From contig CAVPJD010000024.1 in NCBI GenBank assembly GCA_963705165.1, forward strand, positions 64,001 to 128,000: a stretch of DNA of 64,000 bases, in the 5' to 3' direction. Below the pieces are notes generated by a model, which searched no databases, had not been told where the DNA came from, and saw only the letters and a list, made by a program, of their open reading frames with translations. This DNA is from an uncultured delta proteobacterium (lineage in GTDB: Bacteria; Desulfobacterota; Syntrophia; Syntrophales; UBA2192). The first letter of the stretch is position 1, and each line of letters opens with the position of its first letter. The position numbers were made by a program, and so were the translations under genes. Shown here piece by piece: positions 28,215 through 37,067 of the stretch.

Positions 28215-29699
28215 CTACTTCTTCGCCGGCGCTGCCTTGGGGGCCTCGTCTTCCTTCATGCCCATGAGCTTCCTGGCCATCTTCTTCTTTTTGTCGAAGT
28301 CCGTGAGCACCTGGAACATGAACCGCTGCGTCTGGGGGGCGCCGGCGCCGTGCCAGGTGCCCGCGCCGTGAAGCCCCGCCGACCAGTGCTGGAGGAACTT
28401 GGCGACCTTGAGCCGCTTCTCGGCGGGGGCCGCGGCTCCGAAGACCTTCTTCAGCGTCGGTCCGACCTCCGGATTATCCAGATCCTTGAGTCTCGGCATG
28501 GTCACGACCAGGCCGCCTCCGATGTCGCCCGCGTTCTTGATGATTTCCCAGAACCCGTGGGCGATGTTAAGCTTGGCGGCATTCCCGAAGAGATCGTCGG
28601 GCAGAAAGACCCCTGAGCCCTTCGGTTCCTCACGGCCGCGCATGGCCGCCGCGATGGCGCAGGCGTGCGAGGTCTCGCTGAGGCGCACCATGTCGATGAT
28701 CTTCTCCTGGATATGAGGTACTTTTTCCACACCGATGTATTCGGCGGCGAGCATCGTCCCACCGATGATCACATCGGCAAACCCGACCTTGCAGGCCCCG
28801 CCGCAGTTCATGCGATGGGCTTTGGCAAACCGGGTCACCAGACGGCCGGCATACTTGGCCTCGCCGCACATGAACACCCGCTCCCAGGGGATGAAGACGT
28901 TGTCGAAGACCATCGTCGAGGTCTCGCGCTGGCCGTAGATGGGGTTGCCTATCTCTTCAATTTCGTCGCCGAAGTACTCGCGCTCTGCCGAGTAGGCGTT
29001 GTACTGGCAGATGTAGGTCAGTCCCGGGGATCCGTTGGGTACGGCGAATGACAGTGCAAAGGCCCCCTCGTCGTCTTTGAGCCCCCCGCCTGGAAGGACA
29101 AGCGTTTCATGCGCCCCGATGGCGCCGCTCTGACTGACCTTGTAGCCTCTCACCACGATCCCGTCGTCGCGCTTCTCTACCAGGTGAAGGTAAACGTCTT
29201 GTTCTTCCTGCTGCGTGGGCCTTTTCCTGCGGTCGCCCTTGGCGTCGGTGATGGCGCCCGAGACGGCGAGGTCCTTGGACTGGGCCATCTTGAGCCAGTT
29301 GTTGAAGCGTTCCTGGTACTTCGTGCCCAGGGTTTGGTCCATTTCCCAGGTCGTTGAGGCCAGGGCGTTGAGGGCATCGCATCCGACGCAGCGGTAGTTG
29401 CAGGTGCCAACGGTCTGGCTGGTGAGCAGGGCCATCTCCTGGCGCATGTCGAGGTCATGAATGTTGCGGGCCACATTGAGGTTGCGGTTGACGAGCTCGC
29501 CTGTCAGGTGGGATTTGGCCACCATGACTCCCTGGTGCTCGGGCTCCTGGGCCAGGTCATAGATCGCCGCGTTGGCCATGACCATGGACTTCGTGACGGC
29601 GTTGTCGAGCAGGTTCGTCACCCACTTCCCGCCGACGTACACTCTGGGTTTCAGCTTCTTTACGCTGTCCAAATACTGCTGTGACGTGATTAAAGCCAT
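28215..29699 (-). CDS. 4-hydroxybutyryl-CoA dehydratase / HpaB family flavoprotein (divergent AbfD-like)
   Basis: CNYRCVGCDA, TDAKGDR, FDNVFIPWERVF, HR...GGACKVG, HGAGAPQ. Confidence 0.85.
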   Translation of the reverse strand: MALITSQQYLDSVKKLKPRVYVGGKWVTNLLDNAVTKSMVMANAAIYDLAQEPEHQGVMVAKSHLTGELVNRNLNVARNIHDLDMRQEMALLTSQTVGTCNYRCVGCDALNALASTTWEMDQTLGTKYQERFNNWLKMAQSKDLAVSGAITDAKGDRRKRPTQQEEQDVYLHLVEKRDDGIVVRGYKVSQSGAIGAHETLVLPGGGLKDDEGAFALSFAVPNGSPGLTYICQYNAYSAEREYFGDEIEEIGNPIYGQRETSTMVFDNVFIPWERVFMCGEAKYAGRLVTRFAKAHRMNCGGACKVGFADVIIGGTMLAAEYIGVEKVPHIQEKIIDMVRLSETSHACAIAAAMRGREEPKGSGVFLPDDLFGNAAKLNIAHGFWEIIKNAGDIGGGLVVTMPRLKDLDNPEVGPTLKKVFGAAAPAEKRLKVAKFLQHWSAGLHGAGTWHGAGAPQTQRFMFQVLTDFDKKKKMARKLMGMKEDEAPKAAPAKK

Positions 29700-29720
29700 C
29701 GTGTCCTCCCTTTTTTTGTT

Positions 29721-30083
29721 TTATTTTTCCGATTTGACCCCTATAAAAAAAGATGCATTGTCCCCTTTATCCGGATAAGCCCCGATATTCGGCATTGCGA
29801 TTTCCATCATTTCCGTCAGCTTGGCCTGCGTGTGCTTGCCGGACAGAACCAGCGTCAGGGTCTTGTCCTTCAGCTTCGCATCCGCAATCAGGCCTTTTCC
29901 GTGAAAACCCGGCAGCGCCTTCTTTCGCAGGCAGCACTCCACGATGTTTGCAAAGGTTCCTTCCAGCCCCGTGTAGATGTGGCCGCTCTTCCCGATTTTC
30001 ACCTCTATGATTTCCATTCCCGATTCAACCTCGCTTGATAACCTGTTTCGATCCTCTTCGTGCTGGCTCCCGTCGCCTGTCAT
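29721..30083 (-). CDS. hypothetical protein
   Basis: Start overlaps the upstream stop (TGATG); 120 aa. Confidence 0.65.
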   Translation of the reverse strand: MTGDGSQHEEDRNRLSSEVESGMEIIEVKIGKSGHIYTGLEGTFANIVECCLRKKALPGFHGKGLIADAKLKDKTLTLVLSGKHTQAKLTEMMEIAMPNIGAYPDKGDNASFFIGVKSEK

Positions 30084-31108
30084 CAGGCGGGTTTTTCCGC
30101 CGGAAGCTCCTCGCCCAGGGCGAGACGGCAGATGTCACTGATCATGTAATTCTTCATGCCCGCCTCGCGCACCTTCTTGTTGAGGATGGTGAAACACATG
30201 GGGCACAGATAGACCATCGCCTCGGCGCCGCTCGCCTTGGCATCCTCGATGTTTTTCACCCGGAAGGGCTCGTAGTTCTTCCCGCGGGGAAAGAGTTTGA
30301 GTCCCGGGCCCGCTACTTCCACGCCGCAGCAAAGGGCGTCAACGCCTTCGTACTGGCGCTTCATGCGCTCAACCCCGATCAGCTCGAAGATCTCGTTGAC
30401 CAGCGGGTCCTTTTCCGGTGTGTAGCGCGACGCGCAGGGCCGCTGGTAGGCGACCTTCATGTCGAGCTTGCGGAGTTTGCCCTTCTTCTCCTTCAGGACG
30501 TCCCGGAGGTGCTCGAAGATGTGCACCGGCCGGAAGGGAATCTTGATGCCCAAGTCGGGGGCGACACCCTTGAGCGCGGCATAGCAATCGTCGTGCACGA
30601 AGACGATTTCCTTGGCCCCCGATTTGGCCAGGTTGTCCACCATGCCCTGCAGGCGCTCGCGCAGGACGGACTCGTCGCCCATGTGGGCGAAAAGCACATT
30701 GCAGAAATAGTGCTTTCCCTTGAGAAGGGGGATCGTCTCGAAGAGCTGCCCCTGGACAGCCCAGGGCATGTTGCCCTGCATGACGCAGATGGACATGGCG
30801 CGCTCGGCGGGCGGCATGGGCTTCGGCTCCCCCTCGGGCTTGAACCGCGCGGCCATGTCGGCACGCAACTTCGGGTCGGTGAAATCGCCCGCCTCCTCCA
30901 TCCTCTTCATGATAAGATCGAAGGGCCGTGCCTTCGTCGGGCAATACTCGTCGCAGGCCATGCAGGTCACGCAGTCGTAAATCCAATCGGACTTCTCTCC
31001 CGCGGCAAGCTTGCGAAAGGCCGCCGAGCCGCTCTCCTTGTCGAACTCCAGGTACTTGCACCGCGCCAGGCAGTCTCCGCAATAGTCACATCGGTCTTCA
31101 TGAAACAT
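30083..31108 (-). CDS. Fe-S oxidoreductase with 4Fe-4S dicluster and CCG domain (HdrD/GlpC-like)
   Basis: CDYCGDCLARC, CVTCMACDEYCP, YQRPC...LCCG...CPMC. Confidence 0.88.
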   Translation of the reverse strand: MFHEDRCDYCGDCLARCKYLEFDKESGSAAFRKLAAGEKSDWIYDCVTCMACDEYCPTKARPFDLIMKRMEEAGDFTDPKLRADMAARFKPEGEPKPMPPAERAMSICVMQGNMPWAVQGQLFETIPLLKGKHYFCNVLFAHMGDESVLRERLQGMVDNLAKSGAKEIVFVHDDCYAALKGVAPDLGIKIPFRPVHIFEHLRDVLKEKKGKLRKLDMKVAYQRPCASRYTPEKDPLVNEIFELIGVERMKRQYEGVDALCCGVEVAGPGLKLFPRGKNYEPFRVKNIEDAKASGAEAMVYLCPMCFTILNKKVREAGMKNYMISDICRLALGEELPAEKPA

Positions 31109-31226
31109 AATATTTCTTCTTACCTTCCCGAGAAAGCCCTTCCCTGCTCCGACGAGTTTCTCTGTTTTTGTTTCTTCCCTATACCCGATACCCTTTACCC
31201 TTTACCCTGTACCCACCGCGCAGCGG

Positions 31227-32561
31227 TCACAGTTTCCTCGCCAGGTCCTGGGCTGCGATATGGATTGCATCCCAGGCGCCTCCGAAGGGCGGCGCATAAG
31301 GCAGATCCACGTAACCGAGCTCGTCGACGGTCAGGCCCGACCAGAGGGCGATGGAAAGGGCACTGGCACGCTGGACGGCCCCCTTCTCGCCGATGCACTG
31401 GGCGCCGAGGAGCTTGCCCGTCTTCTTGTCGCCGACGAGCTTGATCCCCAGCTTCTCGCCCTTGGCCATGGGCCGTCCGATGGGAAGGCCCCAGACCAGG
31501 GTGCTCACCGGATCGAAGCCGTATTTCGCGGCTTCGTCCTCCATGAGGCCCGTCGAGGCCACCTCGAGGTTGAAAACCTTGAAGGCCTGGGCGCCGACGA
31601 TGCCGGGGAATGCGACCCGGGAGCCGCCGATGTTCATGCCGGCAATACGGCCCTGCTTGTTGGCGATGTCGCCCAGCGGGAAATAGACCCATCGGCCCGC
31701 GACCCTGTGGAAGACCTCGCAGCAGTCCCCCACGGCCCAGACATTCTCAAGGGATGTCTTCTGGTGGAAATCCACCTTGATGGCGCCGCTCTGCCCCATC
31801 TCGATCCCCATGGACCGGGCCAGCGCGGTGTTGTGACGAGTGCCCACGCCCATCAGGACGAGATCCGCGTCCAGATCGCCGTTGCTCGTGGACAATTTTA
31901 GTTTCGAGCTTTTCCCCTTCTCGATGGCCAGGGGCTTCGCCTCGGGCATGAACTCGACCTGGTTCTTGCCCAGCTCCTCCACGATCATCTTGGTGAACTC
32001 GGGGTCCCACCGGTAGGCGGGCCGGGGCAGGATGTCGACGACCTTGACTTCGACGCCGACGTTGCGCAGCCCCTCGCACATCTCCATGCCGATGTAGCCC
32101 CCGCCGATCAGGACGGCTTTCTTGACGCCCCCCTCGTTCAGGTAGGACTTGATTTTCAGGGTGTGCATCAGGTCGCGGATCACGTGAACGCCTTCCAGGT
32201 CCTTGCCGGGGATGTCCAGGCGGACGGCGTCGGCTCCCGTGGCCATGACGAGATAATCGTAGGGGATGCTTTCGCCGCCGGCCAGGAAGACCTGTCCTTT
32301 TTTCGCGTCGATGCCCTCGACGTTGGTCCGGATTCTCGCGTCGATGCCCGTCTTCTTGAACTCTTCCGGCGTCCGCATGACCAGCTTTTTCGATTCCTTG
32401 ATTACATCACCGATGTAATAGGGCATCGGTCAGGCGGCGTAGGAGACGAAATCCCCCCTCTCGATCAGGGTGGCTTCCAGGGATTTGTCCCGCCTTTTCG
32501 CCTCGGCGGCGCTCGACGGCCCCGCTGCCCCGCCGCCTACGACAACCAGTCTCTTGCTCAT
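31227..32561 (-). CDS. CoA-disulfide reductase/NADH oxidase family flavoprotein, probable selenoprotein (Sec44)
   Basis: ATG at 32561 with RBS aaggagg; MSKRLVVVGGGAAG...FVSYAA-TGA-PMPYYIG in frame with ORF 31227..32426; second GGGYIG motif; LPYAPPF C-terminus. Confidence 0.88.
32401..32419 (-). promoter_or_regulatory. bacterial SECIS-like hairpin
   Basis: mRNA ATTACATC-GGT-GATGTAAT perfect stem starting 11 nt after the TGA (32430-32432), GG in loop. Confidence 0.75.
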
Positions 32562-32597
32562 GAATGATCCTCCTTGCAAAAGCGTCGAATGAGTCGC

Positions 32598-33140
32598 TCA
32601 GTCCTTGAGGTTCTCCACGTTCTCCCCGAAGGGCTTTGCGGCCAGCTCGTCCTTGTCGGAAAGGATGAGTTCCGCGGCGATCCCGGCCGCATCGGTGATG
32701 ACCTCGCGACAGTACAGCGCGTGCTCCTTGCACAGCCAGCTCGCCTGCCACGCCGTGGTCAGGTCCCTGCAGCAGGTCTTGCCGTATTTGGCCTTGAAGC
32801 GGTTCGGAACCTGGTTGAAGATCCGGTAGACACCGGGTTTGCCGTAGAACTGCGCCTTGGACTTCATCGCCTGCTCCTTGGGGTCCGCCCCCTCGGGGAG
32901 CCCCTCCCTGCCGTGGACGGCGCTCACGGCCATGACGGCGCCGGCCAGGGCCCCGCAGGTGTCCCCGAAGAGCCCGATGCCGCCGCCGAACCCGGTGGCG
33001 CACTTCTTCACCGCGACAGGCAGCCCCGTGTCGACGAGGGAGAAGACGGCTTCGGTCACACATTCAGCGCAGTTGTAGCCGAGTGAAAAGTTTTTCCGGG
33101 CACGTTGACGGATGGCCTCAATCTTTTCTTCTTTGCTCAT
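32598..33140 (-). CDS. C_GCAxxG_C_C family redox-active protein
   Basis: YNCAE, GFGGGIG...TCGALAG, TCCRDL, YCRE. Confidence 0.9.
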   Translation of the reverse strand: MSKEEKIEAIRQRARKNFSLGYNCAECVTEAVFSLVDTGLPVAVKKCATGFGGGIGLFGDTCGALAGAVMAVSAVHGREGLPEGADPKEQAMKSKAQFYGKPGVYRIFNQVPNRFKAKYGKTCCRDLTTAWQASWLCKEHALYCREVITDAAGIAAELILSDKDELAAKPFGENVENLKD

Positions 33141-33285
33141 CGGTATATCCTCCTTTTCTTTGGTGAGATGTTTTCCGGTTCAGGAAGTGAGAGGCCAAAA
33201 TTCGGACCGGAGAAAAACCTCCCGGGGACGCTTATACAAACATCCCTTCCTGTAAAGCGCAATACGGAATAACTACTTAAAAAAC

Positions 33286-33302
33286 ACGTATTATAAATAC
33301 GT
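33286..33302. promoter_or_regulatory. palindromic operator candidate
   Basis: ACGTATT-ATA-AATACGT in the AT-rich spacer between the LuxR gene and the operon. Confidence 0.45.
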
Positions 33303-33312
33303 ATTTTGTGGC

Positions 33313-34590
33313 CTACAGGGCCATGAGGTGAGATTTGAGATTGGCCTTCTTGTTCCGGAGGCCCAGCTTTTTGCGGACATTGTCCCGGTGGACCTCGACG
33401 GTCCTGGCCGATGCATTGAGCAGTTTCGCCATTTCCTTGGTCGTGCGCCCCTCCCGGATGAGGTTGATGACCTTGATCTCCATGGGGGTGAGGTTGGGGC
33501 ACTTTGAGGTCAGGGTGCGCAGGAACGGGGAGATGATTTCGCTGGTGTTTCGCTCGAGGATGTTCAGCTGGTTGAGCTGCTGGCTGTCGAGAGGGGTGAC
33601 CTTCAGGTTCTCGAGATAGGGGAGGATGAGCTCACGCACGTTGCAGATCACCTTCTCCTCGAGCTCGGTCTTGTCGTCCTCGCGGCGCTTCAGCAGGACG
33701 CGCAGAGCTGCATTGGCGTCCTGCAGGTTCCGGGACTTCTCCTCCAGCTCCTGTTCGCGTTTCTTCAGCGCCGCCTCCATTCGCTTGCGCTCTGTAATGT
33801 TCCGGGCGATCCCGTGGATCGCGACGGGCTTGCCCTTTTCGATGACGCTCCGGGCATTGATTTCCACCCACACAGACTCTCCCGTCCTCGTGTAGGTCAG
33901 GAACTCCTGCGAGTTGGTGATGAGGTCGGAGAGCTTTTTCCGGAACATGTCCCTCACGACCGTCAGATACTCGGGGTCGAGGAGCTCTTCCAGGCTGATC
34001 CCGTGCATCTGCTCGGGTTCGTAGCCATATGTGCGGGCGGCGGCGGCATTGCAGGACAAAATCTTTCCCTTGAAATCCAGGAGGAAGATCATGTCATTTG
34101 CGTTTTCGAACAATTCCCGGAACTTCTGCTCCGATTGCCGCATGGCCTCCTCGGCCTTTCGGCGCTCCGTGATGTCCGTGACGATCTCGACCACGCCGCT
34201 GAGGGCCCCCCGTTCATCCCGCACGGGGTAGCTGCGCAGGACCCAGTTCTTCTTGTACGAGGAAATATCGACAACGTCGTGGGGCTCGCCCGTTTTGAGT
34301 GTTTTTTCCGCCGGGCAGACGCTGCAGGCCCGGTTTCGGTTGTGCAGCGCCTGGTAGCAGTGTTTCCCGTTCAGCTGGCCGGGCTTGAGGTTGAAGGCCT
34401 CCCGCATCGCCTTGTTGGCCCAGATCACCCGCAGATCCGTATCGAGAAACAGGACGAGCTCGGTCATGGCATCGAGAATGACTGCTTTCTCCTGCTCGGA
34501 TTTGCTGAGCTCTTCGATGAGCCGGACGTATTTTTTATCGCTCTGTTGGATGTGCGGATTTGCTTTATCGCGTGCAGTAGCTTTTTTCAT
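33313..34590 (-). CDS. PAS-PAS-LuxR transcriptional regulator
   Basis: Two PAS domains (DITERR, NITERK); C-terminal LTPMEIKV...TVEVHRDNVRKKLG. Confidence 0.92.
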   Translation of the reverse strand: MKKATARDKANPHIQQSDKKYVRLIEELSKSEQEKAVILDAMTELVLFLDTDLRVIWANKAMREAFNLKPGQLNGKHCYQALHNRNRACSVCPAEKTLKTGEPHDVVDISSYKKNWVLRSYPVRDERGALSGVVEIVTDITERRKAEEAMRQSEQKFRELFENANDMIFLLDFKGKILSCNAAAARTYGYEPEQMHGISLEELLDPEYLTVVRDMFRKKLSDLITNSQEFLTYTRTGESVWVEINARSVIEKGKPVAIHGIARNITERKRMEAALKKREQELEEKSRNLQDANAALRVLLKRREDDKTELEEKVICNVRELILPYLENLKVTPLDSQQLNQLNILERNTSEIISPFLRTLTSKCPNLTPMEIKVINLIREGRTTKEMAKLLNASARTVEVHRDNVRKKLGLRNKKANLKSHLMAL

Positions 34591-34834
34591 TTACCCTTTT
34601 CCAGGAACCCAACGGGAATCGGGACGGCACACGCCTCTGAGAAGGGAAAAAAGAATAGGGGGAAACCTGATGCTAGGCGCAACCGGACCCTGACATGCTT
34701 AACCCCAGTAAGGGCTTATATCATTTGCGGGGCCCGATCAAGTGGGAAAACAGAGAAGGTCCGACGCAGATTTACACCCCCGGCCGGATGTGGTAATAAT
34801 GCCGGGGAGAGCGAACCTGAGAGGTGTCATCTTT

Positions 34835-35839
34835 ATGAAAAAGCCGCTGCTCATGGACCTGGAGGACAACGTAACCCTCGAGGGCGATGCGCTCGTCATC
34901 ATCGACCGGCGCAGGCTACCCGGCGAGATCGTCCCCCTGCGCTGCCCCGACCACGAGGCCGTGGCCCGGGCCATCGAGGAGATGGCCGTCCAGGGTGCGG
35001 GCGACATCGCCGTCACGGCGGGATTCGGGCTCTACCTGGCGGCCCGGAATCTCGAGCGCGGCGGCACCGCAGAGAAAACCGCAACGCTTCGGGAAGCCGC
35101 GAACCGGCTCATCGCCACGCGGCCCACGGGTTTTCACCTGGCGGCTCTCGTGAACAAGCTCATGGGCCGCATCGAGGAGGCGGCCGGCACAAAGCCCGCC
35201 TCCGAGGTCATCATGGCATCCTTGCGAAAGGCCCTGGAGAGCCAGCGCCGGATCTCCGAGGACACGGGGCGTCATGCCGAGACGCTTCTTTCCTCCGGCG
35301 ACCGGATCCTCACCCACTGTTTTGCCGGGCCGGCCCTTCTGTACATGCTGAGCATGGCCCGCGAAAACGGCAAGGATGTGCGGGTCATCTGCACGGAGAC
35401 GAGGCCCTACCTGCAGGGGGCTCGGCTCACGGCATGGTCGGTGAGCGAGCTGGGCATCGACACGACGCTCATCACCGACAACATGGCCGCCCACTGCATG
35501 TCGAAGGGAATGGTCAGCAAGGTCTTCGCGGCGGCCGACCGGGTGGCCATGGACGGGGTGGTGGCCAACAAGGTGGGGACGCTCCAGCTTGCCATCTGCG
35601 CCGATTACTTCAAGATCCCCTTCTACATTCTCGCCTACGGCGGGCCGGACAAGCGGACGCTCAGCGGCGCCGACATCCCGATCGAGGAGCGGGACCCGGG
35701 GGAGGTTCTCGAGTTCCGGGGCACACCCATCAGCGGCCCCGCCGTGAAGGGTTACTACCCGGCCTTCGACCTCACGCCGGCGGAGCTGGTGACGGGGATT
35801 GTGACGGCAAGGGGAATAACAACAAGGGAAAGGGGATAA
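34835..35839 (+). CDS. mtnA: methylthioribose-1-phosphate isomerase / eIF-2B family
   Basis: TRPT, LTHC, ETRPYLQGARLT, ADRVA.DG.VANKVGT, IEER, PAFDLTP. Confidence 0.85.
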   Translation: MKKPLLMDLEDNVTLEGDALVIIDRRRLPGEIVPLRCPDHEAVARAIEEMAVQGAGDIAVTAGFGLYLAARNLERGGTAEKTATLREAANRLIATRPTGFHLAALVNKLMGRIEEAAGTKPASEVIMASLRKALESQRRISEDTGRHAETLLSSGDRILTHCFAGPALLYMLSMARENGKDVRVICTETRPYLQGARLTAWSVSELGIDTTLITDNMAAHCMSKGMVSKVFAAADRVAMDGVVANKVGTLQLAICADYFKIPFYILAYGGPDKRTLSGADIPIEERDPGEVLEFRGTPISGPAVKGYYPAFDLTPAELVTGIVTARGITTRERG

Positions 35840-35896
35840 TTAAAATTCCTTGCACCACGGTGCCAGGAGTTTAGAAATTTGAGGAAGGGGAGTATT

Positions 35897-35933
35897 CACC
35901 CTCACCCCGCCCCTCTCCCCTCAAGGGAGAGGG
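35897..35933. repeat. REP-like palindrome
   Basis: caccctcaccccgcccctctcccctcaagggagaggg, same family as ~17426 and ~41763. Confidence 0.65.
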
Positions 35934-36088
35934 AGCCTGAAGTGAATATTCCTCATAGGGAGAGGAAGATCAAGGAATGGGTTTTCTTAGGGTAAACCTG
36001 CGAAAGTAGTAAAAAAGAGGGGGCGATTCAGAGAATCGTCCCCCCTTCTAACTCGCCCGGGTTTTCGGGCCACCCTTTCAATGTTCAA

Positions 36089-36304
36089 TCACTGATACAG
36101 ATAATCCTTCTGCGCGGCCGGGCCGACTTTTTCCAGCTCGAGGGCCGAGCCGGGTATCAGGTAGCTCCGCATCCGGCTGGGCAGGTAGACGAGGTACCAG
36201 GGGTCATCGGGGCGATATTCCCCGCGCCGCCCGACGATCTTTCCCCGAGCGCCCTTCATATGGTGGCCGGGGTGGGTGACGACGACAAGATCACCGAGAT
36301 CCAT
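36089..36304 (-). CDS. small hypothetical protein (KOW/SH3-like)
   Basis: GDLVVVT...G..GKIV pattern; RBS aaggag. Confidence 0.65.
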   Translation of the reverse strand: MDLGDLVVVTHPGHHMKGARGKIVGRRGEYRPDDPWYLVYLPSRMRSYLIPGSALELEKVGPAAQKDYLYQ

Positions 36305-36539
36305 GGCGTTGCTCCTTTGCAGAAGACATTGAGCGGGTTGATCCTAGCACACGGGCGGGAGCCATGACAATCAAAATGACGGGCCCGCGGTAGATTTCCG
36401 CAAGCGAATGTGATAAGCAGGCTTCGGGCTTCAGGGAAATCAGTAATTGGGTAATCGTTTTAACGACCTGATTACTTATTTACTTCATTACTCACTTACT
36501 AATTGGGAAACCGGACAGACGACAGACAAGGGGGGACCG

Positions 36540-36851
36540 ATGACTGAGATTAAAATGCCCATTTTTTTTCACGCCAACTACAAGGTCATCATCCGTACGA
36601 AGGACTGGGAGACCCGGGAGAGGGCCCAGAAGCTCTCCATCCGGGAGATCAGCCCGGAAGAGCAGACGGCCTCTTTCAAGGACCTCGCCGAGAAGGACAT
36701 GCCGACCCACCAGATCGTATTCTACGACTTCGGCTGCAAGAGGGTGATCGAGGGGAAGCTGCTGGAAAACGTCGAAGAGAAAATCATTTTCAAGGTCCAG
36801 GAGAAGGAGTACGAGTTCTCGCACCTCAGGCCGCCGTCCGCTCAAGGGTGA
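36540..36851 (+). CDS. hypothetical protein
   Basis: RBS ggggga; host-like codon usage. Confidence 0.7.
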   Translation: MTEIKMPIFFHANYKVIIRTKDWETRERAQKLSIREISPEEQTASFKDLAEKDMPTHQIVFYDFGCKRVIEGKLLENVEEKIIFKVQEKEYEFSHLRPPSAQG

Positions 36852-36906
36852 ACCTAGGTCGGCCATGCAGGCAGCCCTGAACAAAGATTTTCGGCTTTCG
36901 TCCATG

Positions 36907-36999
36907 AAGTTAGGAAGATAGGAAGTCAGGAAGAGCGGACCGGATTAACCGATTCGTTTCTTTTCCGCTCTTCTGCTCTTCCTCACTTCCGCTCTTCCC
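36907..36999. repeat. inverted octamer micro-arrays
   Basis: gaagttag gaagatag gaagtcag gaagagcgg ... ccgctctt ctgctctt cctcactt ccgctctt. Confidence 0.65.
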
Positions 37000-37067
37000 G
37001 TCCGACCCTGTCGGTAGACCATGAAGGCTTCGTGACGCACTCAGCGCTGCAGCCATCGTCACGGAAA

